Below, in pieces: positions 9,595 through 19,428 of a DNA stretch of 36,080 nt. A model generated the notes under the pieces. The model was not told the DNA's origin. It ran no database searches and saw only the letters and a program-made list of their open reading frames with translations. A program made the position numbers and the translations under genes. This DNA is from a virus (taxonomy: Duplodnaviria; Caudoviricetes), in the IMG/VR virus record IMGVR_UViG_3300025251_000035, positions 1 to 36,080 of that record; one strand, 5' to 3'. Within the stretch, counting starts at the first letter, position 1. Every line of letters starts with the position of its first letter.

Positions 9595-12468
9595 CTACTT
9601 ATCCTCATTTCCACATTTGTTATGCGATTTACTTTCTAATTCTTTAACTTTTTCTGAAAGTTCTTGGATTGCTTTCACTAAGATAGGTACAAACTTACTA
9701 TACTGTAAACCGTACTGTTTGCCGTCTTCTGTAAGATGCGTAGTAAGATTTGTTTTATCAGAAATGACATATCCTGCCTCTTTCTCTAAAGCCTCAACCG
9801 CTTGAGCTTTAAAGCCCACGTCTAACCAATCTTCTTTATGAGTGCCGTCGTGCGTGATTGCATCTAAATCATCGCCCTTTTCAGCGTACTTAGAACGCTT
9901 ATCCCACTTATATGTAACAGGCTCAAGAGCTTTTACAAAGTCTAAACCGAGATTTAAGGCTGTAAAATCTGTCTTGTCTCGTTCATCAGAAGCGACTGTC
10001 CAGTCAACCTGGATATGAGCATTGGCGATATTTTCATCACCAAGACAAATTTGATTGTCTCCTGTAGTAACAGCACCACCTGGAGAGTTTGCAATTCCTG
10101 CATCTCTTCCCAAACAAAGATTATTATCGCCTGAACTAATCACATTACCAGCAGAAATCCCTACACCCGTATTAAATATTCCAGCGACAACACCATTAAG
10201 TGCGCCCTGACCGACAGCCGTGTTTGAGCCTCCGGTGGCATTTTGCAGTGCATCAGCACCGATAGCAGTAGAAGAATTAGCATCAACCATCGCAACTAGC
10301 GCACCAGAACCTACAGCCGTATTACTTGCTCCATCTACATTTACTCCTAGTGCATTGTCACCAAAAGCAGTGTTGTTGCTCGCTGTCGTATTAGCATCGA
10401 GAGCATTTGCGCCCACAGCTACGTTATTCGTTCCAGTTGTATTGGCAGCAAGCGCACTTACTCCTACCGCTACATTATTGGCTGCTGTCGTATTCGCGGT
10501 CAGGGCTGCATAACCAACAGCAGTATTGCCGCCACCAGTACAAGCCTCTAAAGAAGATTGTCCGACAGCGGTGTTACTATTTACATCTACAGACACAACA
10601 AGAGCATTATAGCCAACAGCAACATTCCCTGTTCCGGTCGTGTTTGCACCGAGAGCTGCATAACCTACAGCAACATTATTGCTAGCGGTGCTATTGACGT
10701 CTAAAGCTAGGTAGCCAACAGCCGTATTGCTATCACCAGTATTTGCTGCTAATGCGCCTTTACCAAGAGCCGTATTATTTGATCCCGTACTAACAGTGCT
10801 AAGAGTATCAACGCCCATTGCGACGTTGTAATTACCTGTGGTAATTGATGTTCCTGCAGAACTTCCAATAACAGTATTTTGTGCGCCCGTAGAATTTGCC
10901 AACAAAGCAGCAGAGCCAACCGCCGTGTTATAACTTGCTGTTGTCGTTGCCCCACCAGCATTGTCACCTATAAAAGTGTTATCAGCTCCAGTGGTGACTG
11001 CATCTCCTGCCGCGTTTCCAACCAACGTATTATCAGTCCCTGTGCTGACCGCAACTCCGGATTGATAACCGACTGCTGTATTATTGTTGCCCGTAGCAAC
11101 TTTTAATGCTTCAAATCCAACTGCTGTTCCTGTCGTTCCGGTGGACATAGTAAGTAAAGCACTTGCTCCAACGGCAGTATGACCTGACGCAGTAGTTACT
11201 GCCCCGCCCGAATTAAGCCCAACGAAAGTGTTATTCGATCCGGTTGTTACTGCATCGCCAGAAGTGGCTCCAAGCAAAGTATTTCCAGCACCCGTGCTGA
11301 CAGCCAAACCTGCACGATAACCAACTCCACTATTATTATTTCCAGTTGCAGCTTTAAGTGCTTCAAATCCAACTGCTGTCCCATTCGTTCCTGTGGTAAT
11401 AGTTTGTAAAGCAGCAGAACCTACTGCTGTATGACTTGATGCAGTGGTTATTGCCCCGCCAGCGTTATCTCCGATTAAAGTATTGCTGGCACCAGTCGTT
11501 ACAGCATCTCCGGCTTCGTTTCCTATTATCGTATTCTCTGTCCCTGTGCTAACGGCCACACCTGACTGATAACCGAGTGCTGTGTTGTTATTGCCTGTCG
11601 CTACCTTAAGTGATTCAAATCCAACCGCTGTTCCTGACGTACCGGTACTTATAGTAAGCAGGGCACTCGACCCAACTGCGGTATGTCCTGAAGCCGTAGA
11701 AACCGCTCCTCCAGCATTGTCTCCGACAAAGGTATTATCAGCACCAGTCGTGACTGCATCGCCTGCTGCATAACCGATAGCTGTGTTATCTGTTCCGGTC
11801 GAATTGGCTTTAAGAGTATCAGTTCCGACTGCCGTATTATCAGCAGCGGTCGTCGCTACAAGTAAAGCCGCAGAGCCTATCGCAACACTATTGCTGCCAG
11901 TTGTTAATGCACCTGCTGCATTGTCTCCGACAGCCGTGTTGTCTGATCCAGAAGTGACTGCATCAAGCGATGCCTCACCTATGGCTACATTATCTGTTCC
12001 AGTGGTTATGGCTGTTCCTAAGTTACCAGAACCAAGTCCTACATTGCCTGTCCCACCAGTTAAATCTAATACATCAGTAACTGCTGCACCTGCACCTGCA
12101 CCATCAGCAACAATCATCTTAATGCCACCATTAGGAATGACGACATTTGCACCTGTGCCTTGAGATATAGATACAGCATACCCTGCTGAATTTTGGATGA
12201 TCCAAGTCTTGTTAACTGTGTTTGGAGCAAGCGTTACGGTATTAAGGGCAGTAGTGCTTCCCGTTAGAGTCATTACCATCGCTCTGGCAGCATCTGATGC
12301 ACCATCAGCCATCGTAATCGTATGTGTGGTTCCCGTGATGCCTTCTGAACCACTACCAAAGGCTTCGCCTATCAATTCTAAGTTGGTATTGGTGCTAGTG
12401 CCCCAGGTTCCTGACTCATCGCCAGTTGCGATTTCTTTCAGTCTTAAATCATTTACATATGTCGCCAT
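9595..12468 (-). CDS. Tail fibre with beta-roll repeats and C-terminal intramolecular chaperone (peptidase S74-like)
   Basis: Many ~14-aa NTAVG/NVAVG repeats; SDERDKTDF..GLDFVKALEPVTYKW..GFKAQ..LVKAIQEL chaperone motif. Confidence 0.88.
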   Translation of the reverse strand: MATYVNDLRLKEIATGDESGTWGTSTNTNLELIGEAFGSGSEGITGTTHTITMADGASDAARAMVMTLTGSTTALNTVTLAPNTVNKTWIIQNSAGYAVSISQGTGANVVIPNGGIKMIVADGAGAGAAVTDVLDLTGGTGNVGLGSGNLGTAITTGTDNVAIGEASLDAVTSGSDNTAVGDNAAGALTTGSNSVAIGSAALLVATTAADNTAVGTDTLKANSTGTDNTAIGYAAGDAVTTGADNTFVGDNAGGAVSTASGHTAVGSSALLTISTGTSGTAVGFESLKVATGNNNTALGYQSGVAVSTGTENTIIGNEAGDAVTTGASNTLIGDNAGGAITTASSHTAVGSAALQTITTGTNGTAVGFEALKAATGNNNSGVGYRAGLAVSTGAGNTLLGATSGDAVTTGSNNTFVGLNSGGAVTTASGHTAVGASALLTMSTGTTGTAVGFEALKVATGNNNTAVGYQSGVAVSTGTDNTLVGNAAGDAVTTGADNTFIGDNAGGATTTASYNTAVGSAALLANSTGAQNTVIGSSAGTSITTGNYNVAMGVDTLSTVSTGSNNTALGKGALAANTGDSNTAVGYLALDVNSTASNNVAVGYAALGANTTGTGNVAVGYNALVVSVDVNSNTAVGQSSLEACTGGGNTAVGYAALTANTTAANNVAVGVSALAANTTGTNNVAVGANALDANTTASNNTAFGDNALGVNVDGASNTAVGSGALVAMVDANSSTAIGADALQNATGGSNTAVGQGALNGVVAGIFNTGVGISAGNVISSGDNNLCLGRDAGIANSPGGAVTTGDNQICLGDENIANAHIQVDWTVASDERDKTDFTALNLGLDFVKALEPVTYKWDKRSKYAEKGDDLDAITHDGTHKEDWLDVGFKAQAVEALEKEAGYVISDKTNLTTHLTEDGKQYGLQYSKFVPILVKAIQELSEKVKELESKSHNKCGNEDK

Positions 12469-12469
12469 T

Positions 12470-13234
12470 TTAAGCTACCTTTTTCCATTCAGGAGTCTGG
12501 TCACTATCTACCGAACTCCAACTTGGTGTTTGTGTTGTTGATACCGATGACCAAGAAGGGTCTTGAGTGGTTGAAACAGCAGACCAACTTGGTGTCTGGC
12601 TGCTGCTGACAGCACTCCAATTCGGGGTCTGATCCGTATCCACAAGTCCCCATACCAAAACTTGCGTGATTGCACCGGTTCCTGCCAGACCTTCGAGCGT
12701 AACACCTGAAGCACCTGTAACCGTAACCGACCCAACCTGTCCTGTAGCCACTCCCAGATCAGTGAGACTAATAATATTGTTGGTAACCAGCGAGAGGCTA
12801 CCCAGCGCCGAAGTCCCTGCCACGCCTGTCGGATAGACATTCGCATCACCGGTAACCGTTTCATCGCCCAACCCAACCGTAGATGCCGTACCGCTGACGC
12901 CAGTAATGGCATAGCCCGCTGCCAGTAACGTGCCAACAGCAGCGGTACCAGCAAGGCCAGTGACCGCAACATTGGCTGCAGCAGCGATACTGACTGAGCC
13001 AACCGCGCCCGTACCTGCCAACCCCGTAACCGCAACATTGGCAACACCCGTGGCAACCACCGTACCGACAGCGCCGGTACCTGCAAGGCCCGTGACAGCG
13101 ACATTCGCCGCAGAACTGACACTAACCGAGCCAAGCGCCGACGTACCGGCAAGACCGGTAAGATCGACAGAAATAGGCTCACCCCATGTGCCCGATCCCC
13201 ATGTGCTACGACCCCAACCATTGATGTTTGCCAC
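12470..13234 (-). CDS. Repeat-containing virion/fibre protein
   Basis: 19-aa repeats ANVAVTGLAGTGAVGxVxx; GWGRSTWGSGTWG N-terminus; 11-aa QTPSWSxVSxx C-terminal repeats. Confidence 0.7.
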   Translation of the reverse strand: MANINGWGRSTWGSGTWGEPISVDLTGLAGTSALGSVSVSSAANVAVTGLAGTGAVGTVVATGVANVAVTGLAGTGAVGSVSIAAAANVAVTGLAGTAAVGTLLAAGYAITGVSGTASTVGLGDETVTGDANVYPTGVAGTSALGSLSLVTNNIISLTDLGVATGQVGSVTVTGASGVTLEGLAGTGAITQVLVWGLVDTDQTPNWSAVSSSQTPSWSAVSTTQDPSWSSVSTTQTPSWSSVDSDQTPEWKKVA

Positions 13235-13244
13235 ATTGCTCTCA

Positions 13245-13676
13245 CTACGCTATGCGAATAACCGCATTACTGGCGTCCGCTGTTGGAAACGTAATCGTGA
13301 AACTTCCAGCAGTAGATGTCTTATCACCGCCAAAATCGAACACCGCCACCGCCGGATCACCGGATGCTGAGTCGTTAAAAATCATGCAGCCTCGCGCCGT
13401 GATCGTGCAAGTACCGAAAGTTAAATCAGCGAAATCCGTGAACGCAGTGGTTCCAGATGTTGACGGATCAATCCGCGTCAATGAATTTCCTTTCGCTGTA
13501 TAATTTGTTCCACTTGCTTCTTGATTCGTAGAATATGCAGTTGTAGCAGCCGACATAGTGGCTGAACTGGTATATAACGCCAGCCGAAAGGTATTACCTC
13601 CCGAAAGCAAAAAATTGTGTTTTGCCTCCATCAGTTCTTTCTTGAAGCTGGTACACATTGCTTGGGTGATTGCCAT
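13245..13676 (-). CDS. Hypothetical virion structural protein
   Basis: 143 aa, Ser/Thr/Ala rich, GGAG SD, upstream of fibre genes. Confidence 0.7.
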   Translation of the reverse strand: MAITQAMCTSFKKELMEAKHNFLLSGGNTFRLALYTSSATMSAATTAYSTNQEASGTNYTAKGNSLTRIDPSTSGTTAFTDFADLTFGTCTITARGCMIFNDSASGDPAVAVFDFGGDKTSTAGSFTITFPTADASNAVIRIA

Positions 13677-13970
13677 TTAAAGTCTCCTAATAATTTCGGC
13701 CATATCACTGTGACCTTTTTGTTCCAAAATATTGCCTACCGTACAGATATGGCTTGCAATCGCTTTGTGCATGTAATCAGCCAATACCGCTTCTACCTGT
13801 TGCTTAAACACATGCGCCTGCTGTTTAATAGGTTCGGGAGCCGTGTTACTGATACCCACAATTCTATTGGCCGCCATCTGTGCCCATTCTTCCGGAGTGT
13901 GCCCCCGATAATGGGTCGTTTCAACGCCCAAATTACCTACCGATGTATCCAATTCTACTTGCAGCATCAA
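13677..13970 (-). CDS. Hypothetical protein
   Basis: 97 aa, coupled within the operon. Confidence 0.65.
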   Translation of the reverse strand: MMLQVELDTSVGNLGVETTHYRGHTPEEWAQMAANRIVGISNTAPEPIKQQAHVFKQQVEAVLADYMHKAIASHICTVGNILEQKGHSDMAEIIRRL

Positions 13971-14707
13971 TAACTCGCTGGCTCAACAGCCTGTAATCCA
14001 GACCCTTTAACAAGCCGTATATTATCCTGGCGACCAGAATATCCTTTCACCGGCTCATCCATCTCAACTTCCGAATACTTAGTTAATTTCAAATCTCCGT
14101 CCTCATCCAAATACACCACCGGTGGATTCTCCAACCGATGATATCCATATAGTTTCTGATTTTCTGGAATATTGGTATCTAGTAGTGAAGACCGTGGTGC
14201 AATAGACACCTCCATTCCAGCAGTAATACAGCGAGACAACCAGAATTCACAACAGGCACGACCTAATTCGCCAAAATAAACATTGGTTGTATAACTGAAA
14301 TCCGCACCGAACAAACTGAGTTTCTTCACTTTCATCCACAAAGCATAAGCAATCGCATAAGAAATGGTATTGTTGAAATAACCACACCCCAGTTCCTGCA
14401 CAATCTTCTCTAGCGGATATAGTTCTATTGACGGCACCCGTTTATCATATTCACACGAATACACCGGACAGGTCAGTTTAGGTAAGGTCTTACGCATCAC
14501 TTCTGTCTGTGCTCCGGCATGTTTAGTCTCGAAAAACCGTGAAGCGGGGTCCATCATAAATACGCGGTCGGCATCAACCACCGCACACATTGAATTCACC
14601 GCCCATACTTCGTCATATTCCACACTGTGCGTTAGCGACAAGTGGTAATCCAACTGGCTTTGTCCCAGTCCAAGCAATGCTACATGATTAAGTTTCTTAG
14701 TCATCAC
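13967..14707 (-). CDS. Putative glycosyltransferase-like (DUF115/sialyltransferase-type fold) protein
   Basis: VALLGLGQS, VWAVN and NTISYAIAYALWMKVKKLSLFGADF patterns. Confidence 0.5.
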   Translation of the reverse strand: MMTKKLNHVALLGLGQSQLDYHLSLTHSVEYDEVWAVNSMCAVVDADRVFMMDPASRFFETKHAGAQTEVMRKTLPKLTCPVYSCEYDKRVPSIELYPLEKIVQELGCGYFNNTISYAIAYALWMKVKKLSLFGADFSYTTNVYFGELGRACCEFWLSRCITAGMEVSIAPRSSLLDTNIPENQKLYGYHRLENPPVVYLDEDGDLKLTKYSEVEMDEPVKGYSGRQDNIRLVKGSGLQAVEPASY

Positions 14708-15345
14708 GCCCTCATCGCCCTGACAGAGCCACCTCGGTAACTATCCGTAGTGTTATATCCTTCACCTAAAATCTTCAATTGTTGTACCGCTTCCTGATAC
14801 CGTCCTTCATACATCTGCATCAAATCGGCTTCACCTTTCAAAAAACTATAGGATTCAACCAAAGATGCGTACAGCAATGCCAACTCAGCATTGTCACCGA
14901 GCCAACTGGTACCGCTGCTGGCTGCCGTAATAGACTCCGGCTTGTAAAAATAATGCAATTCAACGGCGTAACCGCTACCCGGAGTCGGGCCGAGAATAAA
15001 TGAGTCGTCATCAAACAAACCGTAATATTTCGGAACACCAGTTGTAGATGACACTGGATAAGCAGCCCGAATAAAGTTCACGTCTTTAAAAATTAGATAT
15101 TCATAACCGCTATTGTCCAGTGCCAGTGAATAGGGCGCTAGAAAATCACTCGGCGTTGCCAGATACGCATTACTCGAAGTCATCGTACCAGTCGTATTCT
15201 TACGAAAATCAGGTAATTGCACCGTTTTCAGAATACGATTCTCTGCTTGAGAGATAATTGTGCCCAAATCGTTAACAAACGTAGTCTCGGTTGTTTCCAA
15301 ATAGTCTTGGAGAGCAGATTTCAGCGTTGTATATGTCCAAGCCAT
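14704..15345 (-). CDS. Putative head-tail adaptor protein
   Basis: YTTLKSALQDYL..ISQAENRI..GVPKYY..LGPTP..WL..LLYASLVE pattern. Confidence 0.65.
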   Translation of the reverse strand: MAWTYTTLKSALQDYLETTETTFVNDLGTIISQAENRILKTVQLPDFRKNTTGTMTSSNAYLATPSDFLAPYSLALDNSGYEYLIFKDVNFIRAAYPVSSTTGVPKYYGLFDDDSFILGPTPGSGYAVELHYFYKPESITAASSGTSWLGDNAELALLYASLVESYSFLKGEADLMQMYEGRYQEAVQQLKILGEGYNTTDSYRGGSVRAMRA

Positions 15346-15686
15346 CAGCCTGTACTCACCTTTAGTTTGCCAACCTGACCGTGCATCGTCAGCCCTACCG
15401 TGCGACTACCCAAGGCGCTGTTACCACCACCAATCGGGTCCCAAGCATAGACCCGACGACTTTCAGCCAAAGTAGAATCCGGTCTGGCATTGCGTAATGC
15501 TTCGGGATCATTGGTATTAAAACGACCCAACTGAAGCTGTGGCTGATCTTTATCCACCACGTCTCTGCCTACACGCATTCCAGTTGGCCTTCCGCCTTCA
15601 TATTGTTCAACCATGTCTCTCAGCTTATAGCGAAAGCCGGTGCGGTCACAGTAGCCAAAAGCATATTTACCGTTCGCATAACTCAT
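15345..15686 (-). CDS. Hypothetical phage protein
   Basis: 113 aa; CDRTGFRY and DQPQLQ motifs; coupled within the operon. Confidence 0.65.
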   Translation of the reverse strand: MSYANGKYAFGYCDRTGFRYKLRDMVEQYEGGRPTGMRVGRDVVDKDQPQLQLGRFNTNDPEALRNARPDSTLAESRRVYAWDPIGGGNSALGSRTVGLTMHGQVGKLKVSTG

Positions 15687-16378
15687 GGGAATCGATAGCC
15701 TCCCGGCGTTACCCGAAATGACGCTTTCTCTCTGTCGGCATCAGCCGCCAGATTCCATTGCTCTTCATATTCAGACTTCAGCATGGGTGCTCTTTCTGAG
15801 ACTTCAGGCCGCTTGAGACTGATCTGATACGCCAGCCCTGATACCAAGCACGGCAGATACCGAGATGGCACATCCATGTTATTTGACCCTGGTGATCCGG
15901 AATCTTCGACACGCTGCATATAATAATAGCCCAGCGTATAGGTTTCAGCACTGTCCGGCACAGGCCACAGATTCACCGCAATCGCAGATGGATCTTTCTC
16001 AAGCCAATACTGCAACGGCTTCGCCTCATTCAACTTATTGGATAAATGCGAATACTGACTAATCGAAACCCGCGTCAGCACTTGATCAAACTGTTTGCTG
16101 CTATCGCCTGAATCGGTACGAATATAGGCTTCGATAATATCGACGATATCGCTGGATAGTGCATAACGGGCTGTACCTGCGGTGATTGACGTCGTGCCTT
16201 CCTGTATGGTCCACAGATTCAAGCCACGGTTCTGCCATTCCAGCATCAATAAATCGATACTTCTTCTGGCGGTACGAAAATCATAACCAGTGCGTAATTC
16301 CAGTCCCGCCCGCTCGAATGACTCTTCAATCATATCTGCCAGATCGAGAGTAAAAGCGTAAGTGCCGCTGGTTGCCAT
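15683..16378 (-). CDS. Putative head-tail adaptor/tail tubular protein
   Basis: IEESFERAG..ARRSIDLL..WQNRGLNLWT..LWPVPD pattern. Confidence 0.65.
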   Translation of the reverse strand: MATSGTYAFTLDLADMIEESFERAGLELRTGYDFRTARRSIDLLMLEWQNRGLNLWTIQEGTTSITAGTARYALSSDIVDIIEAYIRTDSGDSSKQFDQVLTRVSISQYSHLSNKLNEAKPLQYWLEKDPSAIAVNLWPVPDSAETYTLGYYYMQRVEDSGSPGSNNMDVPSRYLPCLVSGLAYQISLKRPEVSERAPMLKSEYEEQWNLAADADREKASFRVTPGGYRFP

Positions 16379-16680
16379 TAACGCTTCCTAGATGGTTTTT
16401 TCTTAGCTTTAGCTTTTTTAGCTGCCTTTTTAACAGCCGGTTTTTTCTTCACTGCTGCCTTGACTTCTGGCTTAGCTGCTGCCTTGACTGCTGGCTTTGC
16501 TTTAGGAGCTTTTGGCTGCATTTCAGCCAATCGCGCCTGGGCTTCCTTCTTGCTCATCCCATCGAATACAACGATATCGTATTCACCATCTGCGTTCTTT
16601 TTGCCTATCTGATAAACAGGCTCTCCTATCCTATCAGGATGAAGAGATGTCCCATTCTGAAAAATCTCAAGACTACTCAT
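16378..16680 (-). CDS. Hypothetical protein with histone-H1-like Lys/Ala/Pro tail
   Basis: KAKPAVKAAAKPEVKAAVKKKPAVKKAAKK; GGAGG SD. Confidence 0.7.
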   Translation of the reverse strand: MSSLEIFQNGTSLHPDRIGEPVYQIGKKNADGEYDIVVFDGMSKKEAQARLAEMQPKAPKAKPAVKAAAKPEVKAAVKKKPAVKKAAKKAKAKKKPSRKR

Positions 16681-16689
16681 TATTGCCTC

Positions 16690-17097
16690 CTAAGAATAAT
16701 GCTTCACCATTTTCAAAACAACGGTATAAGCATCTCCTGAACTATGTCCAACTGTCGTGAGCATGATATCGCCCGTTACACCCGTGCCAGCGTTGTTGTT
16801 TAAACCACTAAATTCACTCATGTCCAACGTGTCCGCATAATCTGCCGGTAAATGCAGTGCCAACACATCAGCATCAGCATCCCAAAGCAGTTTTACACTC
16901 ATGCCCAAGGTCGAAAACCATACCGACTGAATAGCCACGGTGCTACAAGCACTACCCGTAACAGGGTCAGAACCCAGCGCCGAGACATCCACTTTTTTGA
17001 CCGCAGATTCTCCGGTGCCATCACTGACATTGGTAAAACTCATCACCACATGACGGGCACCATCTTGAATTGTTTGGCTTGTTACAGCATCAGCCAT
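16690..17097 (-). CDS. Hypothetical virion structural protein
   Basis: Start moved to ATG 17097 (MADAVT) after an AGGAG SD. Confidence 0.7.
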   Translation of the reverse strand: MADAVTSQTIQDGARHVVMSFTNVSDGTGESAVKKVDVSALGSDPVTGSACSTVAIQSVWFSTLGMSVKLLWDADADVLALHLPADYADTLDMSEFSGLNNNAGTGVTGDIMLTTVGHSSGDAYTVVLKMVKHYS

Positions 17098-17119
17098 TTC
17101 ATTTCTCCTGTATGAATAA

Positions 17120-17145
17120 TTGGGTGAGGCCGAAGCCCCACCCAA
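17120..17145 (-). terminator. Stable hairpin with UUCG loop (terminator or processing signal)
   Basis: Minus strand TTGGGTGGGGC-TTCG-GCCTCACCCAA followed by TTATT (weak U tract). Confidence 0.6.
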
Positions 17146-17158
17146 AATCAATCAACTA

Positions 17159-17743
17159 TTAGCTATCAACAAATGGTGTGGCTAATGTTCCATCACCCAT
17201 CAGGAATGCCTCAACCCACCAAGTGGTAGTGTTAACGCCAGTAAGTAATATCCATCCACCTGTTAACCAGCCTTGCTCCACCTCACCTAGATCAATAATG
17301 TCGTTAGAGGATGCCGGATGAAAATTATCTGTTTCGCCAATCTCGCCTGTATCAAACAGGAACGCCGTACCTAGAAACCCATCGGTTCCATCAGTCGTCG
17401 CTGTTTTGATCTGTCCCGCCCCAGTAAAGGTTGTTTCAACGAGAAATTTGTAAACGATTCCCGCTGCCGGAGTAGGCAACGTAACCACGATACCACCCGC
17501 TCTGTTAAAACCAAAAACGGTTCCAGTATCGGCTGATGTCAGAGTTTTTGTTGCTGCTGTGATTGACTCATAGTCAGAGAGGATGTTCGCCGCTCCGGTT
17601 AGCTTCAACGTACCCGAACCAGATACATTTCCGCTTGAGTCGATGTCGAAATTGTTTGTGACCGTGCCGGTTCCAGCAGCTTTACTGATTTGCTCAAAGC
17701 CGCCTTCAGACCTAACTGGGCCGTTAAAAGTTGTGTTAGCCAT
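17159..17743 (-). CDS. Putative minor capsid/decoration protein
   Basis: Immediately downstream of the capsid gene; MANTTFNGPVRS start; VVTLPTPAAG motif. Confidence 0.55.
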   Translation of the reverse strand: MANTTFNGPVRSEGGFEQISKAAGTGTVTNNFDIDSSGNVSGSGTLKLTGAANILSDYESITAATKTLTSADTGTVFGFNRAGGIVVTLPTPAAGIVYKFLVETTFTGAGQIKTATTDGTDGFLGTAFLFDTGEIGETDNFHPASSNDIIDLGEVEQGWLTGGWILLTGVNTTTWWVEAFLMGDGTLATPFVDS

Positions 17744-17861
17744 GTCTTTCTCCTGTCTTGGCTAGTGTCTGCCGCATTATTGCGACAGTCAGGAAAAAGA
17801 GAGCGATAACTTACAAGTTATATCATATCAAGCAAGTACCGCTCCCCATATTCCGAGCTAA

Positions 17862-18797
17862 TTACGCACCCGGCGATCCGTACATTCCCAATGGATCACT
17901 CACCCCGAATGAGTACCTTTCTCTGGCTTTGTATCTCACATTGCCAGTATCGAAGTCACCGTCCATTGAAGTTTCCAACGCGGTACGCTCGAAGTGGCGC
18001 ATACCATTTGGTACATCAGTAACGATGAACCAGGCATCCGAATCAGTCAGGTAATGATTGACCGAATAACCTTCAGGTACTGCTCCAAGACTACGCACAG
18101 CATTGATGTCATTATCAGCCGTAGCAACTCTTTGATCTGACTCAAGCAGTCGCGTAGCTGTAAACATCAAGGCCGGTGGCACCAACAACCGTTTCGGACG
18201 AGCCGCGATCAGAAGTCCACGCTCATCGGTCACGGCAGCGATTGTTACGATTGCTGCCTCCAATGAGGTTTCGTTGAGATCTGCCGCCGTTGACGGACGG
18301 TTATCGTTCGTGCCTCCGCTGACGAGCGGATGCCCGCCACCGCCGGTTACACCGTCACCGGACGCAGTGAAGAAATTAACTCCATCACCTGTCTGATAAC
18401 TATTAGTGAAACCGTTGTTAAGCGGATTGACAGCCTTAACCTGCTTCGTGTACGACATTGCACGAGCGAGTGCCTTGGTATAGCGAGCAGATAGCGAGTC
18501 ATAAAGATTATCTTCCATCGCCTCCTCTGTAATCGCGAATCCCATTGCAATCGTTTCGTGGTTGTATCGTGCCGTAAAGGCTTCCTGCGCTGAATCATAT
18601 GAGATACCAGCACCTTCATCCTTCACCGGAGCAGCGTCAAACCCACTCAACTTCACTTCTTCTTCAAAAGAACGCTCAGATGAGTCCGTGTCATAAATGA
18701 CAGTGTGCTCATCAGAGTACTTCTCATACTCCAGGCCAAAAAGGGCGTTAAGCCCCGGCAGGAGTTCTTTGAGCATCTGTGCTCTTGAAATAGCCAT
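17862..18797 (-). CDS. Major capsid protein (HK97 fold, Mu gpT-like)
   Basis: 311 aa; GFAITEEAMEDNLY, PKRLLVPPAL, NHYLTDSDAWF and DFDTGNVRYKARERYSFG motifs. Confidence 0.88.
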   Translation of the reverse strand: MAISRAQMLKELLPGLNALFGLEYEKYSDEHTVIYDTDSSERSFEEEVKLSGFDAAPVKDEGAGISYDSAQEAFTARYNHETIAMGFAITEEAMEDNLYDSLSARYTKALARAMSYTKQVKAVNPLNNGFTNSYQTGDGVNFFTASGDGVTGGGGHPLVSGGTNDNRPSTAADLNETSLEAAIVTIAAVTDERGLLIAARPKRLLVPPALMFTATRLLESDQRVATADNDINAVRSLGAVPEGYSVNHYLTDSDAWFIVTDVPNGMRHFERTALETSMDGDFDTGNVRYKARERYSFGVSDPLGMYGSPGA

Positions 18798-18809
18798 GCT
18801 AAGTTCTCC

Positions 18810-19388
18810 TTATATGCCTGTAGTATTGGTTAACTGATGCCCCGCATTAAAGCGGAAAATGCCATCAGTGTAGGTGTCACCAACCGTACTTTTCGGGCCG
18901 TCAACAAAATCGACGAGCCGAATCGGGAAGGTGTTGGTGGTTGCAACTGTCGAAGCATCACAAGCGTTCTTGCTCCTGCCAATGGTCGTTGATCCCGCCG
19001 TCTGAATGACGGAGAAATTAGCGCCCAAGCCAGTCTGAGCAATAGTAGCATCGCCCTGCATTTTGAACAGGACATCCGGGTCAATCAGCACATAACCTGC
19101 TGCGTCTGAAGCTGCCATTGAGGCAGGCCAAGTCTGATTAAACGTCAGTTGAGATGTACTCGAATCAGTATATTTACAACCTAGAAATATTCCTATAGAA
19201 GTTAGTGCAGAGGTTCCGGTATCCAATTCAATCGTACCGGCTGTAACCAGCTTCACAAAATCTCCATAGAAAATAGCGGTGCCATACGCACTGGCAATCT
19301 TGATATGAACAACTTTTCCTGTAAAGGAGCCGCTGCTTGAACAAGTACCAACAGGTTCCGCACCATTTGGTGTCGCACTTGTAGCCAT
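18810..19388 (-). CDS. Putative capsid cement/decoration protein
   Basis: AIFYGDFVKL..GIFLGCKY..DPDVLFKMQ; directly upstream of the capsid gene. Confidence 0.6.
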   Translation of the reverse strand: MATSATPNGAEPVGTCSSSGSFTGKVVHIKIASAYGTAIFYGDFVKLVTAGTIELDTGTSALTSIGIFLGCKYTDSSTSQLTFNQTWPASMAASDAAGYVLIDPDVLFKMQGDATIAQTGLGANFSVIQTAGSTTIGRSKNACDASTVATTNTFPIRLVDFVDGPKSTVGDTYTDGIFRFNAGHQLTNTTGI

Positions 19389-19428
19389 TTTGATTTCTCC
19401 TAATTGCTACTGTTAATATTAAAAGGCG

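Noticed and set aside
12508-13245. 245-aa alternate-frame ORF
   Set aside because: Shadow of the repeat-rich 12470-13234 gene; no SD and no recognisable motifs.
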